Shown here: positions 28,924-37,736 of the stretch, one piece after another
Layout of the letters: each line of letters opens with the position of its first letter
How positions within the stretch are numbered: position 1 is the first letter of the stretch
Virus record (IMG/VR): IMGVR_UViG_3300032332_001939
From: an uncultured virus (IMG/VR IMGVR_UViG_3300032332_001939)
Lineage: Duplodnaviria > Heunggongvirae > Uroviricota > Caudoviricetes
Direction: 5' to 3' (one strand)
DNA length: 64,000 nucleotides
Made by a program: the position numbers and the translations under genes
Notes under the pieces: model-generated
What the model was told of the DNA's origin: nothing
Databases searched by the model: none
What the model saw: the letters and a program-made list of their open reading frames with translations, nothing else

Positions 28924-29895
28924 ATGAATATTTTAGTTACAGGAGGATTAGGTTTTATTGGTTCTAATTTTATTAAATATATAATTAATAAAAAAGAAGT
29001 AAATATTATAATAAATATAGACACAATAACAAAAAGAAATTCTGCAGCCAATAAAAAAAATGCAGAATCTTTTCAAAATCATCCAAACTATAAATTTTAT
29101 GATTTTTGGTTAGATATATTAGATTATTCTCCCGCAAAAGAAGAGTTTAAAAAAATAATTAAACAATATAATATAACCCATATAGTTCATTTTGCCGCTG
29201 AATCTCATGTAGACAACTCAATTTCCGACCCGAGAAGATTTATTCAATCTAATATATTAGGTACATTTAATCTATTAGAAATTATTAGAGATTTTCCAGA
29301 AATTAGATTTCATCATATTTCTACTGATGAAGTATATGGAAGTTTAGGCAAAGAAGGCAAATTTACAGAAACTACAGCTTATGCTCCAAATTCTCCATAT
29401 TCTGCTTCAAAAGCTGCGAGTGATATGTTAGTTAGAGCTTATAATCATACTTTTAAATCTTTAGTCACGATTTCTAATTGTTCAAATAATTACGGTCCAA
29501 ATCAACATAATGAAAAATTTATACCAGTTGTTATAAATTCAATACTAAACAATAAAAAAATACCTGTTTATGGTAACGGAAAAAATATAAGAGATTGGAT
29601 TTTTGTCGAGGATCATTGTGAAGCAGTATGGTTTATATTAAATAATGGCAAAATTGGAGAAACATATAATGTTGGTGGAAATTGTGAGAAAACAAATTTA
29701 GAAATTATTAATGATATTTGTCAAGTACTTAATCTTAATCCAAAAGATTATATATCATTTGTAGAAGATCGCAAAGGGCATGATTTTAGATATGCTATAG
29801 ATAATACAAAAATTAATAAAGAATTGAATTGGCATGCTAAAACTAATTTTAACGAAGGAATTAAAAGAACAATTTATTTTTATAAAAATGAATAA
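28924..29895 (+). CDS. rfbB: dTDP-glucose 4,6-dehydratase
   Basis: TGGLGFIGSNF; HFAAESHVDNSI; HISTDEVYG; PYSASKA; NCSNNYGP; RDWIFVEDH; DRKGHDFRYA. Confidence 0.95.
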   Translation: MNILVTGGLGFIGSNFIKYIINKKEVNIIINIDTITKRNSAANKKNAESFQNHPNYKFYDFWLDILDYSPAKEEFKKIIKQYNITHIVHFAAESHVDNSISDPRRFIQSNILGTFNLLEIIRDFPEIRFHHISTDEVYGSLGKEGKFTETTAYAPNSPYSASKAASDMLVRAYNHTFKSLVTISNCSNNYGPNQHNEKFIPVVINSILNNKKIPVYGNGKNIRDWIFVEDHCEAVWFILNNGKIGETYNVGGNCEKTNLEIINDICQVLNLNPKDYISFVEDRKGHDFRYAIDNTKINKELNWHAKTNFNEGIKRTIYFYKNE

Positions 29896-30226
29896 ACACA
29901 AACTTTGTCAATTAATAGTTAAAAAATATGTAAAAGGAAATATTAATTGGCCAAGAGAAATTAAAATTGCTCAAAAATTAGTTAAAAGATTTAATTCTTT
30001 TGATTTTTGGAATAATCTTAAAGAATTAGGAAGTCCACCACCTTCGTTAGCTTGGTTTCTTAAAGCAGAAGGGAAAGCTTTTATATTAAAAGAGTATGAA
30101 AGTTTTAATTTAAATTTAAATAAACAAAAGATAGAATTACAAGAAAATAAAATAAATGAAGATAAAAAGATTTGCAAAAAACCTAAAACTTTGCTAGAAT
30201 TTATAAGATATGGGAAGAAAACCTAA
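29888..30226 (+). CDS. Hypothetical protein
   Basis: Overlaps both neighbours; likely start ATG 29888. Confidence 0.55.
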   Translation: MNKHKLCQLIVKKYVKGNINWPREIKIAQKLVKRFNSFDFWNNLKELGSPPPSLAWFLKAEGKAFILKEYESFNLNLNKQKIELQENKINEDKKICKKPKTLLEFIRYGKKT

Positions 30227-31352
30227 AGAAGAAATCGTAGAATCATCTGGTCCTAGCGCATCAGATAGACTATTATCATTTTTAAAAGATAATAAAGAAG
30301 ATCATTATAATTTTGAAGACGAGATTTATTATAAGGTTTCTACTGGTAGCTTGAATTTAGATATTGCTACTAGTGGTGGTTTTTGCCCTGGACTTCATAG
30401 ATTTATTGGAATGAATGAAGGTGGAAAAACATCAGAAGCACTTGAAGTGACAAAGAACTTTCTTAAAACAGTAGAAAATTCCAGAGCTTTGCTTTTTAAA
30501 GCGGAAGGAAGATTAAGTAAAGAAATTAAAGATCGTTCTGGAATTAAGTTCGTAACTGATCCTAAAGAATGGGTTGATGGAACTTGTTTTGTATTTGAAT
30601 GTAATATTTTTGAAACAGTTTCTGAATTGATGAAAGATCTCATTCAATCTAATGATGAAAATAAAAGGTATATGTTTATTCTTGATTCAGTTGACGGATT
30701 AATGACTAAAGGCGACTCTCAAAAGAGCATGACAGAAGCTACAAAGGTTGCAGGAGGGGCAGTTATTTCATCAATGTTAATGAAAAAGATTTCTCTTGCG
30801 CTTTCTAAGCGTGGACATATGGCTATTTTTATTAGTCAAGTTCGATCTGATATTAAACTTGATCCTTATGCTGCGAATAAAGATATTCGCCAAACTACTG
30901 CTACTGGTGGAAATGCATTGTTGCACTTTGCTAATTGGATTCTTGAATTTGAACCAAAGTTTAACAAAGATCTAATTCTAGAAAAACCAAATGACAAATA
31001 TGACCCAATTAAGAATAAAATTATTGGACATAATGTTAAGATTGTAATTAAAAAGTCTACAAATGAATCTACAAATTCGAAGGTTCAATATCCAATCAAA
31101 TATGGTCGTAAAGATGGATCTTCTATTTGGAGAGAGTATGAAATTATTGATCAAATTCTTTCTTGGGAATTTGCAACTGCGAAAGGAGCATGGGTTACTT
31201 TCTCGGACGAGATTATTGAAGAACTTAAAAATGCTAGTTTAGAATTAAAGAAGCAACATCAAGGTATTGATAATCTAAGAGCTTATCTAGAAGAAAATAA
31301 ACCAATCGTAGATTATTTTTATAATAAATTTATTAAAACTCTTGCGTCATGA
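30210..31352 (+). CDS. RecA/UvsX-like recombinase
   Basis: STGSLNLD; Walker A GMNEGGKTS; FILDSV; IFISQVR; TGGNALLHFA. Confidence 0.9.
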   Translation: MGRKPKEEIVESSGPSASDRLLSFLKDNKEDHYNFEDEIYYKVSTGSLNLDIATSGGFCPGLHRFIGMNEGGKTSEALEVTKNFLKTVENSRALLFKAEGRLSKEIKDRSGIKFVTDPKEWVDGTCFVFECNIFETVSELMKDLIQSNDENKRYMFILDSVDGLMTKGDSQKSMTEATKVAGGAVISSMLMKKISLALSKRGHMAIFISQVRSDIKLDPYAANKDIRQTTATGGNALLHFANWILEFEPKFNKDLILEKPNDKYDPIKNKIIGHNVKIVIKKSTNESTNSKVQYPIKYGRKDGSSIWREYEIIDQILSWEFATAKGAWVTFSDEIIEELKNASLELKKQHQGIDNLRAYLEENKPIVDYFYNKFIKTLAS

Positions 31353-31768
31353 GATTATTAAATATTAACGGCACACTCGTTAATAAGAACGTAAGAAATT
31401 ATCTTGTAGATTGGGATGGAAAATGCAGAAGTAAACTGCAATTTAAGTTCAAGCAGTTCTTCTATCCTTATTGGAAAAATCATATTGTATATGAGGAGTT
31501 TCCAGTTTATGGAACAATGCTTAAAGTTGATATATTAAATGCAACTAAAAAGATAGCAGTTGAGATACAAGGCGATCAACATGAGAGCTTTAACAAGTTT
31601 TTTCATGATAATTCTAGATTAAAATACCTTCAAAGTATCAAAAGAGACGTTAAAAAAGAAAAATGGCTTGAAATGAATGAATTTAAATTCCTAGAACTAT
31701 ATGAGAGTGATCTAAAGAATTTATCACCACAATATATAGAAGAAAAGTGTGGAATTTTGATTATTTAA
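31349..31768 (+). CDS. DUF559/Vsr-like endonuclease
   Basis: YEEFPV..VDI..IAVEIQGDQH..RDVKKEKW. Confidence 0.75.
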   Translation: MRLLNINGTLVNKNVRNYLVDWDGKCRSKLQFKFKQFFYPYWKNHIVYEEFPVYGTMLKVDILNATKKIAVEIQGDQHESFNKFFHDNSRLKYLQSIKRDVKKEKWLEMNEFKFLELYESDLKNLSPQYIEEKCGILII

Positions 31769-31774
31769 GTGTAA
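31769..31774 (+). promoter_or_regulatory. GTGTAA motif
   Basis: 9 nt before GTG start at 31784. Confidence 0.5.
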
Positions 31775-31783
31775 AAATAGCTG

Positions 31784-32062
31784 GTGACAAATAAGAAAAA
31801 ATTTAATTTTCCAGAATCCCTTTTAAAACAAATTGATGAATGCAGTTTTGGCGGATATATATTATTTAATTTTTCGAACAAAGGTGAACCTCAAGTATAT
31901 ACAAAATTTGATAATCAAATAAATGCAATGGCGCTTTTATATTATGTTAACACTTGGAGTCAAAGTATAGATCAATTAAATTTAGAAGCAACAACAGATC
32001 AAATAGCAAAAAAAAATTTAGAAGAAGATGATTTTGATGATTCAGAAGAAGATAAAAATTAA
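31784..32062 (+). CDS. Small protein with acidic C-terminus
   Basis: ORF with GTG start; EEDDFDDSEED tail. Confidence 0.65.
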   Translation: MTNKKKFNFPESLLKQIDECSFGGYILFNFSNKGEPQVYTKFDNQINAMALLYYVNTWSQSIDQLNLEATTDQIAKKNLEEDDFDDSEEDKN

Positions 32063-32068
32063 AAACAC

Positions 32069-32097
32069 TTGACTTTTAATTTTTAGTTTGGTATTAT
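32069..32097 (+). promoter_or_regulatory. Sigma70-type promoter
   Basis: TTGACT-17-TATTAT with extended TG. Confidence 0.7.
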
Positions 32098-32107
32098 ATA
32101 AAGCTGG

Positions 32108-33592
32108 ATGATATACTCTTTACAAGTAGAAAGACATGTACTTAGCGGTTTATTGAGGCATCAAGACCTATTTGCAGATATTGATGTATTTTTAACTGAA
32201 AACGATTTTTATAATGATGTTCACTCATCAATATATACTGTATTTAAAAATATTAAACATAAAGGCGAAAATGTAGATAAAGTGCTTTTAGCCGAAAAGA
32301 TCAAAAATCTTGGTATTACATTTAAAGACGAGATTAATATATTTGATTATATTGATAATTTGAGCTTCTCTCAAATCACAGAAGAAGCTACAATGATAGC
32401 TTGCAGAGAATTAATTAAATTAAGAGTTCGCAGAGAAATATCTCAAACAGCAGATAAGTTAAAAGATTATGTAAACAAGAATTCCGAAGATTCAATGGAT
32501 GAAATTATTGGCAAGATTGATCAAATTTATAACAAAAAAATATCAGCATACTCAGAAAATGATGTGCCAATTAATATTTTCGCAGAAGTCGAAGATCTTG
32601 TGGAGGAGATTGGTAATACTCCAAAAGAAGATACTGGACTTATTACTCCATATTCTGAATTTAATAGAATGTATGGCGGTTTAAAAAATGGAAATATTTA
32701 TGCAATTGCAAGTAGACCTGGTCAAGGTAAATCAACTTGGTTGAATGATATTTGTTTTAAGACCTCTATCAATCCAAAGAATAAAACTAAAACTCTTATT
32801 CTTGATACCGAAATGCAAACCGTAGATATTCAATTGAGAATGGTAGCATCATTAACAGATGTTCCAGTATGGTATCTTGAAACTGGTAATTGGCGCAAGA
32901 ATGAAGAAATGACCAGAAAAGTAAGAGCAGCTTGGACAAAAGTAAAAACTTATGAATACTTTCATTATCATGTAGGAAATAAAAATATTGATCAAGTATG
33001 CTCTATTATTCGCAGATGGTATCTTTCTAAAGTTGGTCGTGGAAATCAAGCGATGATTGCTTATGATTATATTAAACTAACTGGTGAGAAAGTTGGTGCA
33101 AATTGGGCAGAGCATCAAGCAATTGGTGATAAGATTGATAAGCTAAAAAGAATCTCAGAAGAAATTCATTGTCCAATTATTACTGCGATGCAATTAAATC
33201 GAAGCGGAGAAAGTTTCAACAGAAAAGCTAGTGAAGTTGTTGATGATAGTTCTGTAATTTCACTATCAGATAGATTACAATGGTTTGCATCATTCGTGGC
33301 AATTTTTAGAAGAAAGACTCTTGATGAAATTACTCTCGATGGTCAAGCATTTGGAACTCATAAACTAATTCCAACTAAAACTAGATTTCAAGGAAAAGAT
33401 GCTGCGGGTCATCAAGACTTAGTAAGAAGATTAGATTGTACTGGCAAAGAAACTTGGGCGCAAAACTATCTTAATTATCAAGTTACAAATTTTAATATCG
33501 AAGAAAGAGGATCATTACTCGATGTAGCCGAAAGACAAAGAGAGCAATATGAATTAAATGATCAAAATGCAAATGATGGAGAATTACTATGA
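32108..33592 (+). CDS. dnaB: Replicative DNA helicase (DnaB-like)
   Basis: ASRPGQGKS; DTEM; YDYIK; AMQLNR; N-terminal ERHVLSGL..DFY..H..IY. Confidence 0.92.
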   Translation: MIYSLQVERHVLSGLLRHQDLFADIDVFLTENDFYNDVHSSIYTVFKNIKHKGENVDKVLLAEKIKNLGITFKDEINIFDYIDNLSFSQITEEATMIACRELIKLRVRREISQTADKLKDYVNKNSEDSMDEIIGKIDQIYNKKISAYSENDVPINIFAEVEDLVEEIGNTPKEDTGLITPYSEFNRMYGGLKNGNIYAIASRPGQGKSTWLNDICFKTSINPKNKTKTLILDTEMQTVDIQLRMVASLTDVPVWYLETGNWRKNEEMTRKVRAAWTKVKTYEYFHYHVGNKNIDQVCSIIRRWYLSKVGRGNQAMIAYDYIKLTGEKVGANWAEHQAIGDKIDKLKRISEEIHCPIITAMQLNRSGESFNRKASEVVDDSSVISLSDRLQWFASFVAIFRRKTLDEITLDGQAFGTHKLIPTKTRFQGKDAAGHQDLVRRLDCTGKETWAQNYLNYQVTNFNIEERGSLLDVAERQREQYELNDQNANDGELL

Positions 33593-34245
33593 ACGTAGAT
33601 TTAGTATCAGTTACAAAACCAGAAATTAAAGGAATTAAAAATGCAGAAGATTTAGTTGCATTTTGCGCTAGAGTTAGTAATCCATCTAATCAAATGAATG
33701 TTGAAACTGCCCCAAAGTTATTAAAGTTCTTAATTAAACATAAGCATTGGAGTCCATTTGAACTAGTTGATATGTGCGTTGAAATTAAAACTAGCAGAGG
33801 AATTGCAGCTCAAATTTTAAGACATAGATCATTTAGCTTTCAAGAATTTAGTCAAAGATATAGTGTTGCAAATGAGTTTGAAGATATTGAACTTCGCTTA
33901 CAAGGAGACAAGAATAGACAAGTAGGCGAAAATCTTATGCCTACAAATACAGATGCATACGATAAAGTTAATGAACTCCTTATAGAATCCTTATCGCTTT
34001 CTCAACATTGTTATGATACAATGATTGAAAATGGAATTGCAAAAGAAATAGCCAGAATGATATTACCTTTGACAACTCAAACCACAATGTACATGAAAGG
34101 CTCACTTAGAAGTTGGATTCATTACATTGAATTAAGAACAGAGCAAAATACTCAAAAAGAACATAGACTTATTGCAGAAAAATGTAAGAAAATATTTATT
34201 AAAGAATTTCCTGTAATAAGCGAGGCATTAGAATGGATCAAGTAA
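33589..34245 (+). CDS. thyX: FAD-dependent thymidylate synthase
   Basis: HWSPFE; QILRHRSFSFQEFSQRY; ARMILP; RSWIHYIELR; QKEH. Confidence 0.96.
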   Translation: MNVDLVSVTKPEIKGIKNAEDLVAFCARVSNPSNQMNVETAPKLLKFLIKHKHWSPFELVDMCVEIKTSRGIAAQILRHRSFSFQEFSQRYSVANEFEDIELRLQGDKNRQVGENLMPTNTDAYDKVNELLIESLSLSQHCYDTMIENGIAKEIARMILPLTTQTTMYMKGSLRSWIHYIELRTEQNTQKEHRLIAEKCKKIFIKEFPVISEALEWIK

Positions 34246-35138
34246 ATGTTTATCAAATCCTAACTGATCTAGGATATAAATTAAAAGATTGTGGTAAAGA
34301 GTATAGAACTAGACCTCTTTATAGAGATAGCGATAATGATACTGTATTAAAAATTTATAAAGATACTGGTCATTGGTTTGATTTTAAAGAAAACATTAGC
34401 GGAGATTTTACTTCTTTAGTTGGGATGACTTTAAAACTAGAAGACCCAATTAAAGCTAAAGAATGGTTAAAAGATAAAAATTTTACATTTCATCAACCAA
34501 AAGAAGTTTCAAAACCACTTCTTAAATCAACAAAGAAGTTTGATTTAGATCTATTATCTAATTTAGAAAATAATCATTCTTATTGGAACAAAAGAGGCAT
34601 CAATAATGAAACTCTATCTCAATTTAAGGGTGGAGTTGGCAAAGCTGGAAAGATGAAGAATAGATATGTTTTTCCTATATTTGATATTAAAAATAATATC
34701 ATAGGATTTTCTGGTAGAGATATTACTAATCTTTCTAAGATTAAATGGAAACATCTTGGCGAAAAGAATGATTTTGTTTATCCATTATTCTTGAACTCGC
34801 AAGAAATACAAATTCAAAAAGAAATAATTCTTGTTGAGAGTATTGGTGATATGTTGAGTTTATATCAAGCTGGAATTAAAAATGTTCTAGTTACATTTGG
34901 CACAAGTCTTAGTTTGGGCATTTTAAATTATCTTTTAAAGATGGATGTTAAGAAGATTTATATTAGCCTTAACAATGATTCAAATAAAAATAATGCTGGA
35001 AATATTGGTGCAGAAAAAACATATTCAAGACTCAAAAGATACTTTGATGATAAACAATTAAAAATATCTTTACCAACTAAAAAAGATTTCGGAGAGATGA
35101 ATAAAGAAGAAATACTACAATGGAAAAACAATCTATAA
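34233..35138 (+). CDS. DnaG-like primase (Toprim)
   Basis: YWNKRGI; RYVFPI..GFSGR; KWKH; LVESIGD; NND; KDFGE. Confidence 0.88.
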   Translation: MDQVNVYQILTDLGYKLKDCGKEYRTRPLYRDSDNDTVLKIYKDTGHWFDFKENISGDFTSLVGMTLKLEDPIKAKEWLKDKNFTFHQPKEVSKPLLKSTKKFDLDLLSNLENNHSYWNKRGINNETLSQFKGGVGKAGKMKNRYVFPIFDIKNNIIGFSGRDITNLSKIKWKHLGEKNDFVYPLFLNSQEIQIQKEIILVESIGDMLSLYQAGIKNVLVTFGTSLSLGILNYLLKMDVKKIYISLNNDSNKNNAGNIGAEKTYSRLKRYFDDKQLKISLPTKKDFGEMNKEEILQWKNNL

Positions 35139-36085
35139 AAACACTCTCTGCATCTAGAATCAAAACTCTTGAAACTTGTTCTTGGGTTTATTGGAATAAC
35201 TATCACGCGAAAGTTCCTCAAAGTCAAAATGATGGAGCATTAAGAGGCACAATATGCCATACTGTTTTTGAATTACTTTTAAATAAAAGGCATCTTAAAA
35301 ACTATAAAAGAATAATAAAAAAGAATGCTATTGATGGGGATAAAGGAGTAGATAAATTAGTTAAAAAATTATCAGCAAAAGTTAAACTAGACGAAAGTAA
35401 TTATAAGCTATTAAACGATATGATTTTGGTTGGTCTTAAAAATGATTTCTTTGGAGAAGGTGGAGAAATAGTCAAGCCAGAGTATGATTTTGATATTACA
35501 AATGAAGAACCTAAATATCACATCAAAGGTTTTATAGATAAGCCTATTAAAATCAAAAAAGAAATGCATATAATCGACTATAAAAGCTCCAAATACAAGT
35601 TTAGGGGTGATGATCTTGAAGCTAATATTCAAGCTATGATGTATAGTTTAGCTAGTAAAAAATTATGGCCCAAGTTAAAGCCTATCGTTAAATTCCTGTT
35701 TTTGAGATTTCCAAAACAGCCAGTCCAAGAACTAATATTTACAGATGAACAAATTAAAGGATTCGAGCATTATCTTGAGCATATTAATGATTATATTAAT
35801 AAATTTAATGAAGAATCTGCTAAAGCAAATTTTGCGATAGATAACCAAAAGAATAAATGGATGTGTCAAGTTGGCGGCTGGAAATGTCCATATAAAGATC
35901 CATATAAATATTATGTTAAAGTAAATGATAAAGGTGAAGTAATAGAAACTAGCTTAGAAAATAACTTTAAAAATATTAAAGGATTTAAAGTAGAAACTAG
36001 AGATTATGAAGGTTGCCCAAAATTTCAAAGTAGTTCAAAAAAGGATAATTTTCTTGATGATTCAAAAGATGAATTTTTAGATTGA
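35120..36085 (+). CDS. PD-(D/E)XK (Cas4/RecB-like) exonuclease
   Basis: LSASRI..C..RGTICH..GFID..IIDYKS..QAMMY; C-terminal cysteines. Confidence 0.85.
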   Translation: MEKQSIKTLSASRIKTLETCSWVYWNNYHAKVPQSQNDGALRGTICHTVFELLLNKRHLKNYKRIIKKNAIDGDKGVDKLVKKLSAKVKLDESNYKLLNDMILVGLKNDFFGEGGEIVKPEYDFDITNEEPKYHIKGFIDKPIKIKKEMHIIDYKSSKYKFRGDDLEANIQAMMYSLASKKLWPKLKPIVKFLFLRFPKQPVQELIFTDEQIKGFEHYLEHINDYINKFNEESAKANFAIDNQKNKWMCQVGGWKCPYKDPYKYYVKVNDKGEVIETSLENNFKNIKGFKVETRDYEGCPKFQSSSKKDNFLDDSKDEFLD

Positions 36086-36110
36086 TTAGTATTAAAAAGT
36101 CTGTTATATT
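36082..36110 (+). promoter_or_regulatory. Sigma70-type promoter
   Basis: TTGATT-17-TATATT with extended TG; ATG at 36118. Confidence 0.55.
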
Positions 36111-36117
36111 TAGGAAA

Positions 36118-36864
36118 ATGATACCATTGTTTAAATCGCATTATTCTTTAGGAAGGTCTATCTTAACCCTAGAAGATAAGAATAAAGCTGATGATTATCC
36201 AGATTCAATAATCCAGATAGCTAAAGAAAATAAACTCAAAGAACTATTCTTAGTAGAAGATAATATGTCATCGTTTCTAGAGGCATATACAAATACCAAG
36301 AATAATAATATTAAATTAAATTATGGATTAAGGGTTACAGTTACAGAATCCATTAATGATAAGACCGATGAATCTCGTCAAAAGAATTCGAAAGTAGTTA
36401 TATTTTTTAGAAATAAACAAGGTCACGAACTTTTAACTAAATTATTTAGCACAGCGGCAAAAGTTGGCTTCTATTACGAACCAAGACTTGATTATGAGAC
36501 TATATCTAAAAATTGGAGCAATGATTTATTACTTTGTATTCCATTTTATGATTCTTTTATATTCAACAATACTTTGAGAAATTCGATCTGTATTCCTCAG
36601 TTTAACTTTACTAAACCAATTGTCTTTATTGAAGATAATGATCTTCCTTTTGATTATATCATTAAAGATAAGATGGAAAAATTCGCACAAGAAAATCAAT
36701 TAGAACTTTTCAAAACTAAAAGTATCTATTATAATAACAAGAAGGACTTCAAGACTTATTTGACATTTAGATGCATCAATAACAGAAGCATTCTAAATAA
36801 ACCAGAATTAGAACATATGAGTAGCAATGAATTCTCTTTTGAAAGTTATTTGAAGGCAAAATAA
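36118..36864 (+). CDS. Stand-alone PHP domain of DNA polymerase III alpha
   Basis: PLFKSHYSL..AKENK..NYGLR..FYYEPRLD; start moved to ATG 36118. Confidence 0.8.
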   Translation: MIPLFKSHYSLGRSILTLEDKNKADDYPDSIIQIAKENKLKELFLVEDNMSSFLEAYTNTKNNNIKLNYGLRVTVTESINDKTDESRQKNSKVVIFFRNKQGHELLTKLFSTAAKVGFYYEPRLDYETISKNWSNDLLLCIPFYDSFIFNNTLRNSICIPQFNFTKPIVFIEDNDLPFDYIIKDKMEKFAQENQLELFKTKSIYYNNKKDFKTYLTFRCINNRSILNKPELEHMSSNEFSFESYLKAK

Positions 36865-36865
36865 T

Positions 36866-37504
36866 ATGGACGACCATCTTTTAAGATATAATAAGAATAA
36901 GACTTTGGTATTTATTGATTGTGAGACATTTAATCTTTGTCTTAATTTCTGCCATAATATTCCTTGGCAAATTGCTATGATTAAAGTCCAAGGTGATAAG
37001 AAAGTTGATGAAAAAAATTATTATCTAAAATGGCAAACAGATTTAAAGATCAGCCAAGATGCAGCCAGAATCACAAGATACGATCACAAGAAAGTTCAAA
37101 AAGAAGGACATGATCCTAAAGAAGTATTTGCCACGATTAAAGATTGGCTAGATCATGCAGATTATATTGTTGGTCATAATACTTTAGGTTTTGATATTTA
37201 TCTTATTAAAGAGTATTATAAATACATGGGATGTACTTGGCATCATCTTGTGAATAAATTGATTGATACAAATACGATTGCAAGAGGAATTAAATATGGA
37301 ATACCATATAATCCAAAAGAAAGCCTTACTGAATATCAATACAAAATCTATCATACAAGAAAAAAAGGAGTCAAAAGCTCTTTAACAGCATTAGGTAAAG
37401 AGAATGGCATTGAACATGATTATGATAAATTGCATGATGCAATAAATGATCTTGACTTAAATTTAAAAGTATGGAATAAATTGAAGTGGCAGGTTGAAAT
37501 TTAA
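36866..37504 (+). CDS. DEDDh 3'-5' exonuclease (DnaQ-like)
   Basis: FIDCET; VGHNTLGFD; IDT; HDAIND. Confidence 0.9.
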   Translation: MDDHLLRYNKNKTLVFIDCETFNLCLNFCHNIPWQIAMIKVQGDKKVDEKNYYLKWQTDLKISQDAARITRYDHKKVQKEGHDPKEVFATIKDWLDHADYIVGHNTLGFDIYLIKEYYKYMGCTWHHLVNKLIDTNTIARGIKYGIPYNPKESLTEYQYKIYHTRKKGVKSSLTALGKENGIEHDYDKLHDAINDLDLNLKVWNKLKWQVEI

Positions 37505-37505
37505 T

Positions 37506-37736
37506 ATGGCATCATTAGACGACATTTATGATATGCTTCAAAAGTTAGATGATTCTGGCATAGAGTATTTGCTTATTACTGTTCAAAAAGGCAAGAAGAA
37601 TGGTAAAGCAGACGTATTCTTTTCATTAAAGAATGATGATTCAATGAGAATCCTTTCTACTGGTCTTAGAGAGTTTAATAAAGAAATAGATAAGATAAAC
37701 AGAGACGAAAATAAAGAGGAAGAAGATGAAGAATAA
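37506..37736 (+). CDS. Small acidic protein
   Basis: Likely ATG 37506; acidic tail. Confidence 0.55.
   Translation: MASLDDIYDMLQKLDDSGIEYLLITVQKGKKNGKADVFFSLKNDDSMRILSTGLREFNKEIDKINRDENKEEEDEE

Noticed and set aside
8779..29895. Bacterial O-antigen/capsule locus
   Set aside because: No flippase, polymerase, initiating transferase or ABC exporter; contiguous and compositionally uniform with phage genes
35120..36085. Cas4-like nuclease as a CRISPR component
   Set aside because: No repeat-spacer array or other cas genes; stand-alone PD-(D/E)XK nucleases are common in phage replication modules
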